DNA of 32,311 nucleotides from an uncultured Candidatus Saccharibacteria bacterium (GTDB lineage: Bacteria; Patescibacteriota; Minisyncoccia; Phycocordibacterales; UBA9973): the NCBI GenBank assembly GCA_964437715.1, contig CAYTHY010000001.1, positions 9,474 through 41,784 on the forward strand, written 5' to 3'. Below are positions 8,224-17,420 of the stretch, in pieces (position 1 is the stretch's first letter; each line of letters begins with the position of its first letter). A model generated the notes under the pieces. That model was not told the DNA's origin. It did no database searches and worked only from the letters and a program-made list of their open reading frames with translations. Made by a program: the position numbers and the translations under genes.

Positions 8224-8574
8224 ATGACTAAAAGATATACAATAGATGCTACTGATAAGATTTTAGGCCGTGTTGCCTCTTCTGTAGCTAAAATATTAAT
8301 GGGTAAGACAGAAGCAGATTATGTGGCTAATAAAGTAGCTGATGTTTTTGTTACTATTGAAAATGTTTCAAAAACAAAAATGAGTGAGAAAAGAAAATCA
8401 GAAACTTTGCATACTCATTATACAGGTTATCCTGGAGGATTAAGATCAGAAACAAATGCAAAAATTATTGATAAAAAAGGATGGGCAGAATTATATAGGT
8501 TAGCTATTCGTGGAATGCTTCCAAATAATAAATTAAGACCTTTAATGATGAAAAGATTAATAATTAAAGAATAA
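8224..8574 (+). CDS. rplM: 50S ribosomal protein L13 (short, 116 aa)
   Basis: IDATDKILGRVASSVAKILMGK...YTGYPGGLR...AIRGMLPNNKL matches the L13 pattern. It is followed by rpsI, as in the conserved rplM-rpsI pair. Confidence 0.9.
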   Translation: MTKRYTIDATDKILGRVASSVAKILMGKTEADYVANKVADVFVTIENVSKTKMSEKRKSETLHTHYTGYPGGLRSETNAKIIDKKGWAELYRLAIRGMLPNNKLRPLMMKRLIIKE

Positions 8575-8579
8575 TATTT

Positions 8580-8990
8580 ATGGCAGAAAAGAAATCAAAA
8601 AAAGAATATATTAGAGCTGTTGGTCGTCGAAAAACGGCTACAGCTGTTGTTAAACTTTATAAAGCAACTAAAACTTCATATTTAATTAATGGAAAAGAAT
8701 TAGATATATATTTTCCAACAGCTGAGTTAAAGAAAATAATCACTGGAGCTTTTGAAACAGCTAATTCATCTCAAAAATTTGAAGTAGTTATAACGACAAA
8801 GGGAAGTGGAATCCATTCTCAGTCTGAAGCTTGTCGTCATGGTATTGCTAGGTGTTTAATAATTTTTGATGAAGAACTTCGTGATACCTTAAAGAAAGCT
8901 AAAATGCTTAAGCGTGATCCTCGTAGAAAAGAACGAAAAAAATTCGGACTCAAAAAAGCCCGCAAAGCCCCACAATGGAGTAAACGATAA
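8580..8990 (+). CDS. rpsI: 30S ribosomal protein S9
   Basis: AVGRRKTATAVVKL...GSGIHSQSEACRHGIARCL...RDPRRKERKKFGLKKARKAPQWSKR matches the S9 pattern. Confidence 0.93.
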   Translation: MAEKKSKKEYIRAVGRRKTATAVVKLYKATKTSYLINGKELDIYFPTAELKKIITGAFETANSSQKFEVVITTKGSGIHSQSEACRHGIARCLIIFDEELRDTLKKAKMLKRDPRRKERKKFGLKKARKAPQWSKR

Positions 8991-8998
8991 ATAAAAAA

Positions 8999-9035
8999 CC
9001 ACCCCATAGGTCTTGCTTATGGGGTGGTTTTTTAT
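8999..9035 (+). terminator. rho-independent terminator after rpsI
   Basis: CCACCCCATA (8999-9008) pairs with TATGGGGTGG (9018-9027). A run of 6 T follows at 9028-9033. Confidence 0.85.
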
Positions 9036-9036
9036 T

Positions 9037-9064
9037 TTGCAAAAAATTTTATTTTCTGTATACT
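9037..9064 (+). promoter_or_regulatory. candidate grpE promoter TTGCAA-N16-TATACT
   Basis: TTGCAA at 9037-9042 and TATACT at 9059-9064, 9 nt upstream of the grpE ATG. Confidence 0.5.
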
Positions 9065-9073
9065 GGAAAAGTT

Positions 9074-9721
9074 ATGAAAAATAAGAAAAAAGATATAGAT
9101 GCTTCTCAAAATGATTCTCTCGATTCGGAGATTATTAATGATGTTGATTTTGTTGAGAGTACAGAAGAGGGAGAAGATTTGAGTAATAAAGATAAAATAA
9201 AAAAACTTCGCAATGATTTAAAACTTTGTCGTCAAGAAAAAGAAAATTATTTAGTTGGTTGGCAAAGAGCTAAGGCTGATTATGTTAATCTTCAAAAAGA
9301 ATTAGAGCAAATTAGAAATAGTAGCTCTCTATTAGCTAAGGAAAATATGATAATTAATTTATTACCGGTCCTTGATAGTTTCAGTATGGCTTTTAATAAT
9401 AAAGATGCTTGGCAGAAAGTTGGTAAAGAATGGAGAACAGGTATTGAACATATTTATCAACAGTTTTTAAATGGTCTTTCAGCTTCTGGAATAGAGAAAA
9501 TAGAAACGATAGATGTACCATTTAATCCGCAAATTCATCATTCAATAAAAATAATAAATACAAAAGAAAAAGAAAAAGATCATACTGTCGCTGAAATTCT
9601 ACAAGTAGGATATGAAATAAAAAATCCAGCTAACTTATCAGAAATAGGGCGAGTAATTCGTCCAGCTAGTGTTAATATTTATGAATATAAACCTACCTCT
9701 AATTCTCTAAAAAAAGAGTAA
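9074..9721 (+). CDS. grpE: nucleotide exchange factor GrpE
   Basis: Acidic N-terminus, a coiled-coil segment with WQRAKADYVNLQKE, LLPVLDSF, and a C-terminal beta domain ending in RVIRPASV. Confidence 0.88.
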   Translation: MKNKKKDIDASQNDSLDSEIINDVDFVESTEEGEDLSNKDKIKKLRNDLKLCRQEKENYLVGWQRAKADYVNLQKELEQIRNSSSLLAKENMIINLLPVLDSFSMAFNNKDAWQKVGKEWRTGIEHIYQQFLNGLSASGIEKIETIDVPFNPQIHHSIKIINTKEKEKDHTVAEILQVGYEIKNPANLSEIGRVIRPASVNIYEYKPTSNSLKKE

Positions 9722-9738
9722 AATAAAATCTTACTTTT

Positions 9739-10311
9739 TTAAAGTTTTATTCCACAGATAGAAAAAAATTCTTTTTCAGTTTTTTCATCTATTTTATCTG
9801 TCACTAAAATCATCATTTCGGTAGATAAATTTAAATCTTTTTTTATATTCATAAATAAATGTTCAAAGGGGTACATTGAAATCCAAACAGAATTTTTAGC
9901 ACAAAAAAATCCAGCTTTTTTTAATAAATACCGCAAAGCTTCTCTTTCACTTTTTCTTTCTTCGGGAAGATCAAGTAAAATTACTCGCCAAAAACCATCC
10001 CATTTAGTTGAGACTAAGCTTAAATCAGATTCTAAAATTATGTTATTAAGTTTTTGTTTACCGTTTTCAGTTAAACGAAAATACCGGCTACGCTCAGAAT
10101 TAAGAGATTCAATAAGTCCACCACTAAGAAGATTATTAACAGAACGGGTAATTGCGTAATTTAATTTTTGCTTATCAACCGTATTAGCTCGATTTTTATC
10201 CTTATAATAAGTAGTATCTTTAATATCTTCTTTGATAGATTTCATTGAAATAGCCTTTTTTTGAGATATAGTTTTTAAAATAGCCTTTTGAATTGATGGT
10301 TTTTTTGTCAT
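9739..10311 (-). CDS. PaaX-like transcriptional regulator (N-terminal winged helix plus PaaX_C / Cas2-like C-terminal domain)
   Basis: The N-terminal half looks like a wHTH (ILKTISQKKAISMKSIKEDI ... LLSGGLIESLNSERSRYFRLTENGKQKL). The C-terminal half starts with the WDGxW..(I/L)..D.PE..R..R motif (WDGFWRVILLDLPEERKSEREALRYLLKKAGF) typical of PaaX C-domains. Confidence 0.65.
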   Translation of the reverse strand: MTKKPSIQKAILKTISQKKAISMKSIKEDIKDTTYYKDKNRANTVDKQKLNYAITRSVNNLLSGGLIESLNSERSRYFRLTENGKQKLNNIILESDLSLVSTKWDGFWRVILLDLPEERKSEREALRYLLKKAGFFCAKNSVWISMYPFEHLFMNIKKDLNLSTEMMILVTDKIDEKTEKEFFSICGIKL

Positions 10312-10343
10312 ATTAATTATTATAATACTATTATATGCTTTTT

Positions 10344-10373
10344 ACAAGTATTTAGTGCTCGCGAAATACTTGT
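10344..10373. promoter_or_regulatory. perfect inverted repeat ACAAGTATTT-N10-AAATACTTGT, candidate operator
   Basis: Arms at 10344-10353 and 10364-10373. The right arm overlaps the -35 of the dnaK promoter. The site is 33 nt from the divergent regulator start codon. Confidence 0.6.
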
Positions 10374-10398
10374 CAAAAATAACATATAGGTATATAAT
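10370..10398 (+). promoter_or_regulatory. dnaK promoter TTGTCA-N17-TATAAT
   Basis: TTGTCA at 10370-10375 and TATAAT at 10393-10398, exactly 17 nt apart. This implies a leader of about 95 nt for dnaK. Confidence 0.6.
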
Positions 10399-10405
10399 AA
10401 CCTTC

Positions 10406-10422
10406 AGATATTTTAAATATCT
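10406..10422. promoter_or_regulatory. palindrome AGATATTT-T-AAATATCT at the predicted dnaK transcription start
   Basis: 8-bp perfect arms at 10406-10413 and 10415-10422. Confidence 0.4.
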
Positions 10423-10457
10423 AAATAAATAATTTATTAATCATTATAATTAATTTA

Positions 10458-10489
10458 TAACTCATTGAAGAATAAATTAAAATGAGTTA
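10458..10489 (+). promoter_or_regulatory. AU-rich stem-loop just upstream of the dnaK start codon
   Basis: TAACTCATT (10458-10466) pairs with AATGAGTTA (10481-10489) around a 14-nt loop. The stem ends 8 nt before the ATG at 10498. Confidence 0.4.
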
Positions 10490-10497
10490 GAAAAAAT

Positions 10498-12405
10498 ATG
10501 TCAAAAATAATTGGAATAGATTTAGGAACAACAAATAGTGCTGTTGCTATTATAGAAGGTGGACAACCTAAAATTGTTGAAAATGTTGAAGGAGCAAGGA
10601 CTACTCCTTCTGTTGTAGCTATTACTAAAAAAGGAGATAGGATGGTAGGACTCTTAGCTAAGCGTCAGGCTGTTACTAACCCAGAGAATACCGTTTATGG
10701 TATTAAGCGTTTTATTGGTCATCTTTATAACGATCCAGAAATTCAAAAAGATGAAAAAACAATTCCATATAAAATAAGAAAAGGAGAAAATGGTGGAGTT
10801 GAAGTTAAAATGGGGGATAATTGGTTGCGTCCAGAAAAAATTTCAGCTGAAATTTTAGGTAAAATTAAAGCTGACGTTGAAACAAAGCTTGGTGAAAAAA
10901 TCACAGAAGCAGTTATCACCGTTCCAGCTTATTTCAATGATGCTCAGCGTAAAGCAACAAAAGATGCAGGAATTATTGCTGGACTTGATGTTAAGCGTAT
11001 TATTAACGAACCAACAGCGGCTGCTTTAGCTTATGGTTTTAATACTAAGAAAAATGAAAAGATAGCAGTTTATGATTTTGGTGGAGGAACTTTTGATATT
11101 TCCGTCCTTGAAGTTGGAGATGATGTTATAGAAGTTAAATCTACAGATGGAGATAGTCATATGGGTGGTGAAGATATAGACCAAAAGATTATTAAATGGA
11201 TAGCTGACGAATATAAAAAAGAATCAGGTATTGATGTAACCAAAGATGTTTTAGCTCTTCAAAGACTAAAAGAAGCAGCAGAAAAGACAAAGCACGAACT
11301 TTCAACAACAATGGAATCAGAGATTAATATTCCATTTATAACTTCAGATTCATCTGGTCCTAAACATTTATTACTTAAAATGACTCGGGCTACGTTAGAA
11401 TCATTAGCAGAAGAATATATAACTCGCTCGATTGAAATAACAGAAAGAGCTATTAAAGCTTCTCCTTTTGAAATTTCTGAAATTGATGAAGTTATTTTAG
11501 TTGGAGGACAAACAAGAATGCCTGCAATTAACGAAGCTGTAAAAAAACTATTTGGAAAAGATCCGAACCATTCTATTAATCCAGATGAAGTTGTAGCTCT
11601 AGGAGCTGCTATTCAGGCTGGAGTTCTTCAAGGTGATGTTCGTGATGTTTTACTTCTAGATGTTATTCCTCTTTCTCTTGAAATTGAAACTTTAGGAGGA
11701 GTAGCAACAAAATTAATTGAAAGAAATACAACAATTCCAAGCTCTAAATCTCAAGTATTTTCAACAGCAGCTGATAACCAGACATCGGTAGAAATACATA
11801 TTACCCAAGGAGAAAGACCCATGGCGCAAGACAATAAATCCCTAGGTAGATTTATTTTAGATAACATTCCACCATCTCCAAGAGGTATCCCTCAAATTGA
11901 GGTAACTTTTGATGTTGATGCCAATGGTATCTTAAATGTTAAAGCACAAGATAAAGCTTCTGGTAGGGAACAATCTATTAGAATAGAGGCAAGTTCTGGT
12001 CTTTCTGATCAAGATATTGAGAAAATGAAAAAAGATGCAGAAACACATACGGAAGAAGATAATAAAAAGAAAGAACTAGCAGATGTAAAAAATACAGCTG
12101 AGATGATGATATTTACTGCAGAAAAATCAGTTAAAGATTATGGTGATAAAGTTTCAGCCGAAGTTAAAACAGAAATTGAAAATAAAATATCAGAACTAAA
12201 AAAAGTTAAAGAAGAAAATAGTGTTGAAGCTATAAAAAAAGCTACAGAAGATTTATCCACAGAAATGTCTAAAATTGGTGAAACTATGGCTAAAGAAGAA
12301 AAAAAACCAGAAGAAAATAAAGAAGAAAGTAAAATACCAGAAGAACAAAATTCAGAAATAAAAAATGCAGAAGTTAATGAAACTCCTGATGAAGATAAAA
12401 AATAA
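10498..12405 (+). CDS. dnaK: molecular chaperone DnaK (Hsp70)
   Basis: [31 protein letters not shown], and a full substrate-binding domain and lid. Confidence 0.98.
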   Translation: MSKIIGIDLGTTNSAVAIIEGGQPKIVENVEGARTTPSVVAITKKGDRMVGLLAKRQAVTNPENTVYGIKRFIGHLYNDPEIQKDEKTIPYKIRKGENGGVEVKMGDNWLRPEKISAEILGKIKADVETKLGEKITEAVITVPAYFNDAQRKATKDAGIIAGLDVKRIINEPTAAALAYGFNTKKNEKIAVYDFGGGTFDISVLEVGDDVIEVKSTDGDSHMGGEDIDQKIIKWIADEYKKESGIDVTKDVLALQRLKEAAEKTKHELSTTMESEINIPFITSDSSGPKHLLLKMTRATLESLAEEYITRSIEITERAIKASPFEISEIDEVILVGGQTRMPAINEAVKKLFGKDPNHSINPDEVVALGAAIQAGVLQGDVRDVLLLDVIPLSLEIETLGGVATKLIERNTTIPSSKSQVFSTAADNQTSVEIHITQGERPMAQDNKSLGRFILDNIPPSPRGIPQIEVTFDVDANGILNVKAQDKASGREQSIRIEASSGLSDQDIEKMKKDAETHTEEDNKKKELADVKNTAEMMIFTAEKSVKDYGDKVSAEVKTEIENKISELKKVKEENSVEAIKKATEDLSTEMSKIGETMAKEEKKPEENKEESKIPEEQNSEIKNAEVNETPDEDKK

Positions 12406-13490
12406 TGTCCAAGGATTATTACAAAGTACTAGGGATTGATAAAAATGCTTCAAAAGAACAAATTAAAAAAGCTTTTCACGTCTTGGCTCTAAAATATCAC
12501 CCGGATAAAAACAACGGAGATGATAAAAAATTTAAAGAAATAAATGAAGCTTATCAAACCCTTTCTGATGAGAAAAAAAGAGCCAATTACGATCGTTTTG
12601 GTTCGGCTGATATGAATGGTTTTTCTCAAGCAGGACAACAATCTAATTGGGGTGGTTTTGATGGTGCGCAATATGGTTTTTCTCAAGATATGGGTGGATT
12701 TGATATGGGTGATTTAGGAGATATTTTTGGTGATTTTTTTGGAGGAGCTCATAGTAGGAAGAATGCTCGTCGTGGCCGTGATATTTCTACAGAAATTAAA
12801 TTATCTTTTGAAGAATCAATATTTGGAACAACACGAAAAATTAAAATAAATAAACAATCAACCTGTAGTGTTTGCGGAGGAACTGGAGCTAAAAAAAATA
12901 CTAAAATGGAAGTTTGTAAAACCTGTAATGGACAAGGAAAAGTCCGTGAAGTTAAACGTTCTATTTTTGGTAATTTTTCAAGTGTTAAAGTATGTGGATC
13001 TTGTTATGGTTCTGGGAAAACACCATCAGAAAAATGCCCTGAATGTCGTGGAGCCGGTGTTCATAAAAAAGAGGAGGAAATTGATATTAAAATCCCAGCA
13101 GGAATAAATGAAGGAGAGATGGTTCGCTTAAATGGAATGGGAGAAGCTATATTTAGTGGAATCAGTGGAGATCTTTATATTAAAGTAAAAATAGGCAAAC
13201 ATCCAATCTACAAAAGACAAGGGCTTAATTTGACAATGGATTTGTCTATTAAATTAACAGATTCTCTTCTAGGAATGGTTTATAAATTAAAAACATTAGA
13301 AGGAAAAATAATTGAGGTTAAAATACCAGAAGGTATTAAACATAAAGATTTATTAAGAATTAAGGGTAAGGGAGTTCCATCTGGTAATAGTCGTGGTGAT
13401 ATTATTATACAAATATTAGTAGATGTACCATCAAGAATTTCTAGAAAAACAAGAAATTTAATTGAGCAATTAAAAGAAGAAGGTTTATAA
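12405..13490 (+). CDS. dnaJ: molecular chaperone DnaJ
   Basis: J domain with an HPD motif (KYHPDKN), a G/F-rich linker, and four CxxCxGxG zinc-finger repeats. The start overlaps the dnaK stop (TAATG). Confidence 0.96.
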   Translation: MSKDYYKVLGIDKNASKEQIKKAFHVLALKYHPDKNNGDDKKFKEINEAYQTLSDEKKRANYDRFGSADMNGFSQAGQQSNWGGFDGAQYGFSQDMGGFDMGDLGDIFGDFFGGAHSRKNARRGRDISTEIKLSFEESIFGTTRKIKINKQSTCSVCGGTGAKKNTKMEVCKTCNGQGKVREVKRSIFGNFSSVKVCGSCYGSGKTPSEKCPECRGAGVHKKEEEIDIKIPAGINEGEMVRLNGMGEAIFSGISGDLYIKVKIGKHPIYKRQGLNLTMDLSIKLTDSLLGMVYKLKTLEGKIIEVKIPEGIKHKDLLRIKGKGVPSGNSRGDIIIQILVDVPSRISRKTRNLIEQLKEEGL

Positions 13491-13503
13491 GATTTTATAG
13501 ATG

Positions 13504-14883
13504 TTAATTTTTGGATATCTTGGGACCCAACGATGAATCTTCAACTCCATAACCAAGATTATTTATTTTATCTCTTAGTTGATCGCTCTTATCCCAATTT
13601 TTATTCTCTCTAGCTATTTCCCTTTCTTCTACTAATTGCTTTATCCTTAAAGGAATAACATCTTTTTTTAATTGATCAAGACCTAAACCTAAAACTTTAT
13701 CAAAATCTAATAAAGTAGCTTTTTTATTTTCTTTAGATATTTTAGTATCTTTTATCAATTCCCATAAAACTGTTAACGCTTCAGGAGTACCTAAATTCTT
13801 ATCCATATATTTAATTAATTGATTTTTATATTTATCTTCAACCTGACCTATTTCACCTCCTAATTTTAAAAAGATTTTTCTTATACGAATAAGAGCATTC
13901 TGAGCACCAACAACAGCCTCCATTGTAAAGTTAGTTTTAGTTCTATAGTGCGAAGTTAAAAGCCACAAACGAAAGGCAAGAGGGTCAATTCCTTTTTCTA
14001 TCAAATCACGTAAGGTGTAAAAATTGCCAAGAGATTTAGACATTTTTTTTCCATCAACGAGTAAAAATTCATTATGCATAAAATATTTCACGAAAGGTTT
14101 TCCTGTCGCACATTCTGATTGGGCAATTTCATTTTCGTGATGTGGAAAAATATTATCTACTCCACCAGTATGAATATCAAAACTTTGACCAAGTTCTTTC
14201 ATACTCATCGCTGAACATTCTATATGCCAACCAGGTCTTCCTTTAACCAATACTGTTTTTTTATTTAATATTTTCTCTGGTTCCCAAAAAACTTCACCAT
14301 CATTTTTGGACCAAGCTTTCCAAAGAGCGAAATCTTGAGCATTTTCTTTATCATATTCATCTTCTATTAGACGACCTAGCGCATTTTTTTTGAGATCTGA
14401 AATTTTAAAATGAGATAATTTCCCATAATTAGAATCTTTGTGGATATCAAAATAGATTGAACCATCTTTTGTTTTATAAGCGAAACCTTTATCAATCAAA
14501 ATTTCTACAAGTTCAATCATCTCTTTAATATAGCTCGTTGCTTTAGTATATTTATCAGCCGGTATAATATTGAGGCTTTTTATGTCTTCATAAAAAGATT
14601 CAGTATAAAATTTAGTAAAATCTTCTAAGTTTTTATTCTCAACCTGTGAATCGCGAATAGTTTTATCATCGACATCTGTGATATTCATAATGTGTTTAAC
14701 TTTATATTCACGATAAATTAAATATCTTTTCAAAATATCACCAAAAACATAAGCTCGGTAATTACCAATATGAGGATAATTATAAACTGTTGGACCACAA
14801 GTATACAAACCAACCTTAGGTGGATTTAAGGGTTTAAATAATTCTAATTGACGAGATAACGTATTAAATAATTCTAAAGCCAT
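13504..14883 (-). CDS. cysS: cysteine--tRNA ligase
   Basis: Class I motifs HIGN (YPHIGNYRAY) and KMSKS (GKKMSKSLGN), plus the WHIECS zinc-site motif. Confidence 0.95.
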   Translation of the reverse strand: MALELFNTLSRQLELFKPLNPPKVGLYTCGPTVYNYPHIGNYRAYVFGDILKRYLIYREYKVKHIMNITDVDDKTIRDSQVENKNLEDFTKFYTESFYEDIKSLNIIPADKYTKATSYIKEMIELVEILIDKGFAYKTKDGSIYFDIHKDSNYGKLSHFKISDLKKNALGRLIEDEYDKENAQDFALWKAWSKNDGEVFWEPEKILNKKTVLVKGRPGWHIECSAMSMKELGQSFDIHTGGVDNIFPHHENEIAQSECATGKPFVKYFMHNEFLLVDGKKMSKSLGNFYTLRDLIEKGIDPLAFRLWLLTSHYRTKTNFTMEAVVGAQNALIRIRKIFLKLGGEIGQVEDKYKNQLIKYMDKNLGTPEALTVLWELIKDTKISKENKKATLLDFDKVLGLGLDQLKKDVIPLRIKQLVEEREIARENKNWDKSDQLRDKINNLGYGVEDSSLGPKISKN

Positions 14884-14907
14884 ATAGGAATTATTATAAC
14901 CTTAAAC

Positions 14908-14936
14908 TTGCAATTCTCAAAGATTTTGTGTATTAT
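14908..14936 (+). promoter_or_regulatory. rplU promoter TTGCAA-N17-TATTAT
   Basis: TTGCAA at 14908-14913 and TATTAT at 14931-14936, 7 nt before the ATG at 14944. A divergent cysS promoter candidate, TTGAGA (14920-14915) -N16- TATAAT (14898-14893), lies on the minus strand. Confidence 0.5.
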
Positions 14937-14943
14937 ATGGCCT

Positions 14944-15270
14944 ATGGAATTAAAGGAATTTGCAGTAATACAAACAGGGGGAAAACAGTACAAAGTTACT
15001 GTTGGCGATATTTTGAAGATTGAAAAAATAAAAGGAGAGTATACACTTGGCGATAAAATTGTTTTTGATAAAGTTTTACTTGTTGATAACGGAAAGGATA
15101 CGACAATTGGTTCACCTTTTATAGAAGGAGCTAAAGTAGAATCCTTATTTCAAAAAGCTGGAAAACATAAAACAATAAAGGTTGTTAAATATAAAGCCAA
15201 AAGTAGATATTTAAAAAAGAACGGACATCGTCAGCCATTTATTGAAGTCAAAATTTCTGCTATTAAATAA
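14944..15270 (+). CDS. rplU: 50S ribosomal protein L21
   Basis: FAVIQTGGKQYKVTVGD matches the L21 N-terminus. The track start at 14908 (TTG) falls on the promoter -35 box, so the in-frame ATG at 14944 is preferred. Confidence 0.88.
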   Translation: MELKEFAVIQTGGKQYKVTVGDILKIEKIKGEYTLGDKIVFDKVLLVDNGKDTTIGSPFIEGAKVESLFQKAGKHKTIKVVKYKAKSRYLKKNGHRQPFIEVKISAIK

Positions 15271-15305
15271 AAAAAATCTACAAAGTTCATTTGTAGATTT
15301 TTTTT
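15271..15305. terminator. bidirectional rho-independent terminator between rplU and recR
   Basis: ATCTACAAA (15276-15284) pairs with TTTGTAGAT (15290-15298). An A-run at 15271-15275 and a T-run at 15299-15305 flank the stem. Confidence 0.8.
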
Positions 15306-15307
15306 AT

Positions 15308-15922
15308 TTAAGCTCTATTTTGCAAAGCACTTTTAATAGTTTCTGAATCAGAATATTCTAGCTCAGTTCCAGTAGAAAGACCTCGGCCCAAAGAAACAAC
15401 ATTAAGCTTATAAGTTTTCTGAATAGCAGATAAGATTTCTCTTAGATAAAGATCAGTATGTTCACCTTGAGGATTGATAGATAAAGCTAAAATAATTTCT
15501 TTAAGTTTTCCATCTTTAGCTCTTTTTTCAACTATATTTTTTAATTCTTTTATTCTGACAAAATTAGGAGTTTCTTTAGTAACTATTGGTATAAGCCCTC
15601 CTAATATAAAATACATTCCATGATACTTTTGGCTTCTTTTAATACTTTCAAAATCTGCATCCTTCTCAACAATTAAAAGGGAAGTGCTATCTGTATTTGA
15701 ATCTGCACAAACCTCACATATTTTTTTATTTTGCCCATAAAAGAAAAGGAAGCAAGACTGGCATTGTGATATTGAATTTTTAGTTTCAATTATTGTTTTT
15801 CCTAATTCATTAACATAATTAGGATTTTTGCGTAATAGAAAATAAACAAATCGTTTAGCTTGTCTTTCTCCTATTCCAGGAAATTCTTTAAAATATTCAA
15901 TTAATTTATCTATCGGATTCAT
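15308..15922 (-). CDS. recR: recombination protein RecR
   Basis: LIEYFKEFPGIGERQAKRFVYFLL (helix-hairpin-helix), a Cys4 zinc finger (CQSC...CEVC), and a Toprim region. Confidence 0.93.
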   Translation of the reverse strand: MNPIDKLIEYFKEFPGIGERQAKRFVYFLLRKNPNYVNELGKTIIETKNSISQCQSCFLFFYGQNKKICEVCADSNTDSTSLLIVEKDADFESIKRSQKYHGMYFILGGLIPIVTKETPNFVRIKELKNIVEKRAKDGKLKEIILALSINPQGEHTDLYLREILSAIQKTYKLNVVSLGRGLSTGTELEYSDSETIKSALQNRA

Positions 15923-15924
15923 AT

Positions 15925-17316
15925 TTAAAATTGTTCAATATCACTTGAATTCTCAGGTAGAGCTGAAAACTGATTAAGGTTAGATTTTTCAATACTCATA
16001 AAAGTTGTAGTTTTCTCATCAAAGTATAAACTAACTTTACCAACTGGGCCATTACGATGTTTTTCAATTAATATCTCTGCAATATTTGTCTTCTCTGATT
16101 CGTCCTTACCTTTATCTTCACGATGAATAAACATCACAACATCGGCATCTTGTTCAATGGATCCAGAGTCACGCAAATCTGACAATCTAGGGCGTCCTCC
16201 ACGAGATTCAACAGCACGGGAAAGCTGAGATAAAGCTAAAACAGGGACATCAAATTCTTTTGCTAGAGCTTTCAAAGATCTAGATATTTCTGTAACTTGA
16301 TTCACCATACTGTCGTAATTTTTAGAAGTTGACATTAATTGTAAATAATCAACGATAATTAGTCCTAATCCATTTGAAGCTTTAATCCGGCGACAAACTG
16401 AACGCATTCTAACTATCGAATTACCAGCTAAATCATCTACAAAAATCGGAGCCCTCGATAATAAATCTAAAGAATCCCGTATTTTAGAAAATTCATTCTC
16501 AGCTGATAAATTACCAGTTCTAAGATTCCAAGCATTAACTCTTGACTGAGCAGCAAGCATTCGGTCAACCAATTGCTGAGTACTCATTTCCAAAGAAAAA
16601 ATAACTGTTGGAATATCATTTTGTAAAGCTGTTTGCCTGGCGATATCCAAAGCTAAAGTTGTTTTACCCATAGATGGTCGAGCAGCTAAAATGATTAAGT
16701 CAGATTTTTGGAGGCCAGATAAATATTGGTCTAAATCACGGAAGCCAGTCGGAACACCACGCAATTCTCCCTTAATTTCATGTAGTCGCTCTAAACGCTC
16801 CCAGGCTTCAGGTAAGCTATCTTTAAGAGAACTAAAGGTGTGGCCAGCCATATTATCATTTATATTCATCATCCTTTTTTCTGCCTTATCAAGAATCTCA
16901 AAAACATTTTCTACGTCTTCCTTAAATCCTAATTCTGAAATATCTGTTCCGGCTTCAATAATCTTTCTTAAAAGATGTTTTTTATTTACAATTTTTGCAT
17001 AATGTTTAATATTTGTTGAAGCGGGGACTGCGTTAGTTAATTCACTTAGGTAACTTCTTCCGCCAGTTGAGTCAAGTAGACCCTTTTCATCTAATTTTTG
17101 AGAAACAGAAATTAGATCAATTGGATCACCCTTGGCTGAAAGTTCAAACATTGTTTTATAAATTTGAGAATGTTTATTTGCATAGAATGAATCAGGAGTA
17201 ATCATTTCATCTATTTCATTAATCGCTCCTGGTCGCAACATAATTGAACCCAAAATTGCTTTCTCAGAATCTATGCTTTGTGGAGGAACACGGAGATTTG
17301 TTTTTTTGTTTGGCAT
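15925..17316 (-). CDS. dnaB: replicative DNA helicase DnaB
   Basis: PPQSIDSEKAILGSIM N-terminal domain, Walker A ARPSMGKTT, and the IIVDYLQLM and SQLSRAVE motifs. Confidence 0.96.
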   Translation of the reverse strand: MPNKKTNLRVPPQSIDSEKAILGSIMLRPGAINEIDEMITPDSFYANKHSQIYKTMFELSAKGDPIDLISVSQKLDEKGLLDSTGGRSYLSELTNAVPASTNIKHYAKIVNKKHLLRKIIEAGTDISELGFKEDVENVFEILDKAEKRMMNINDNMAGHTFSSLKDSLPEAWERLERLHEIKGELRGVPTGFRDLDQYLSGLQKSDLIILAARPSMGKTTLALDIARQTALQNDIPTVIFSLEMSTQQLVDRMLAAQSRVNAWNLRTGNLSAENEFSKIRDSLDLLSRAPIFVDDLAGNSIVRMRSVCRRIKASNGLGLIIVDYLQLMSTSKNYDSMVNQVTEISRSLKALAKEFDVPVLALSQLSRAVESRGGRPRLSDLRDSGSIEQDADVVMFIHREDKGKDESEKTNIAEILIEKHRNGPVGKVSLYFDEKTTTFMSIEKSNLNQFSALPENSSDIEQF

Positions 17317-17420
17317 AAGTTTTATTGTAGCATAGCTAAAATATCTGGCACTACCCTTTTTTTAATAAATATGTGGGTAAAGTGTGCAAAACTATCTGTA
17401 TTTTGCTATTATATACAGAT

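Noticed and set aside
10351-10359. TTAGTGCTC inside the dnaK-upstream palindrome spacer resembles the CIRCE half-site TTAGCACTC
   Set aside because: It matches only 7 of 9 positions. No inverted GAGTGCTAA partner lies 9 nt away. No hrcA is present in the window, so this is not a CIRCE element.
17317-17420. Possible T-box or other leader riboswitch ahead of the aaRS genes (trpS, cysS, aspS, alaS, gltX)
   Set aside because: Upstream spacers are 1-100 nt, with -10 boxes within about 10 nt of the start codons. There is no room for a T-box leader of roughly 200 nt, and no specifier or antiterminator structure is seen.
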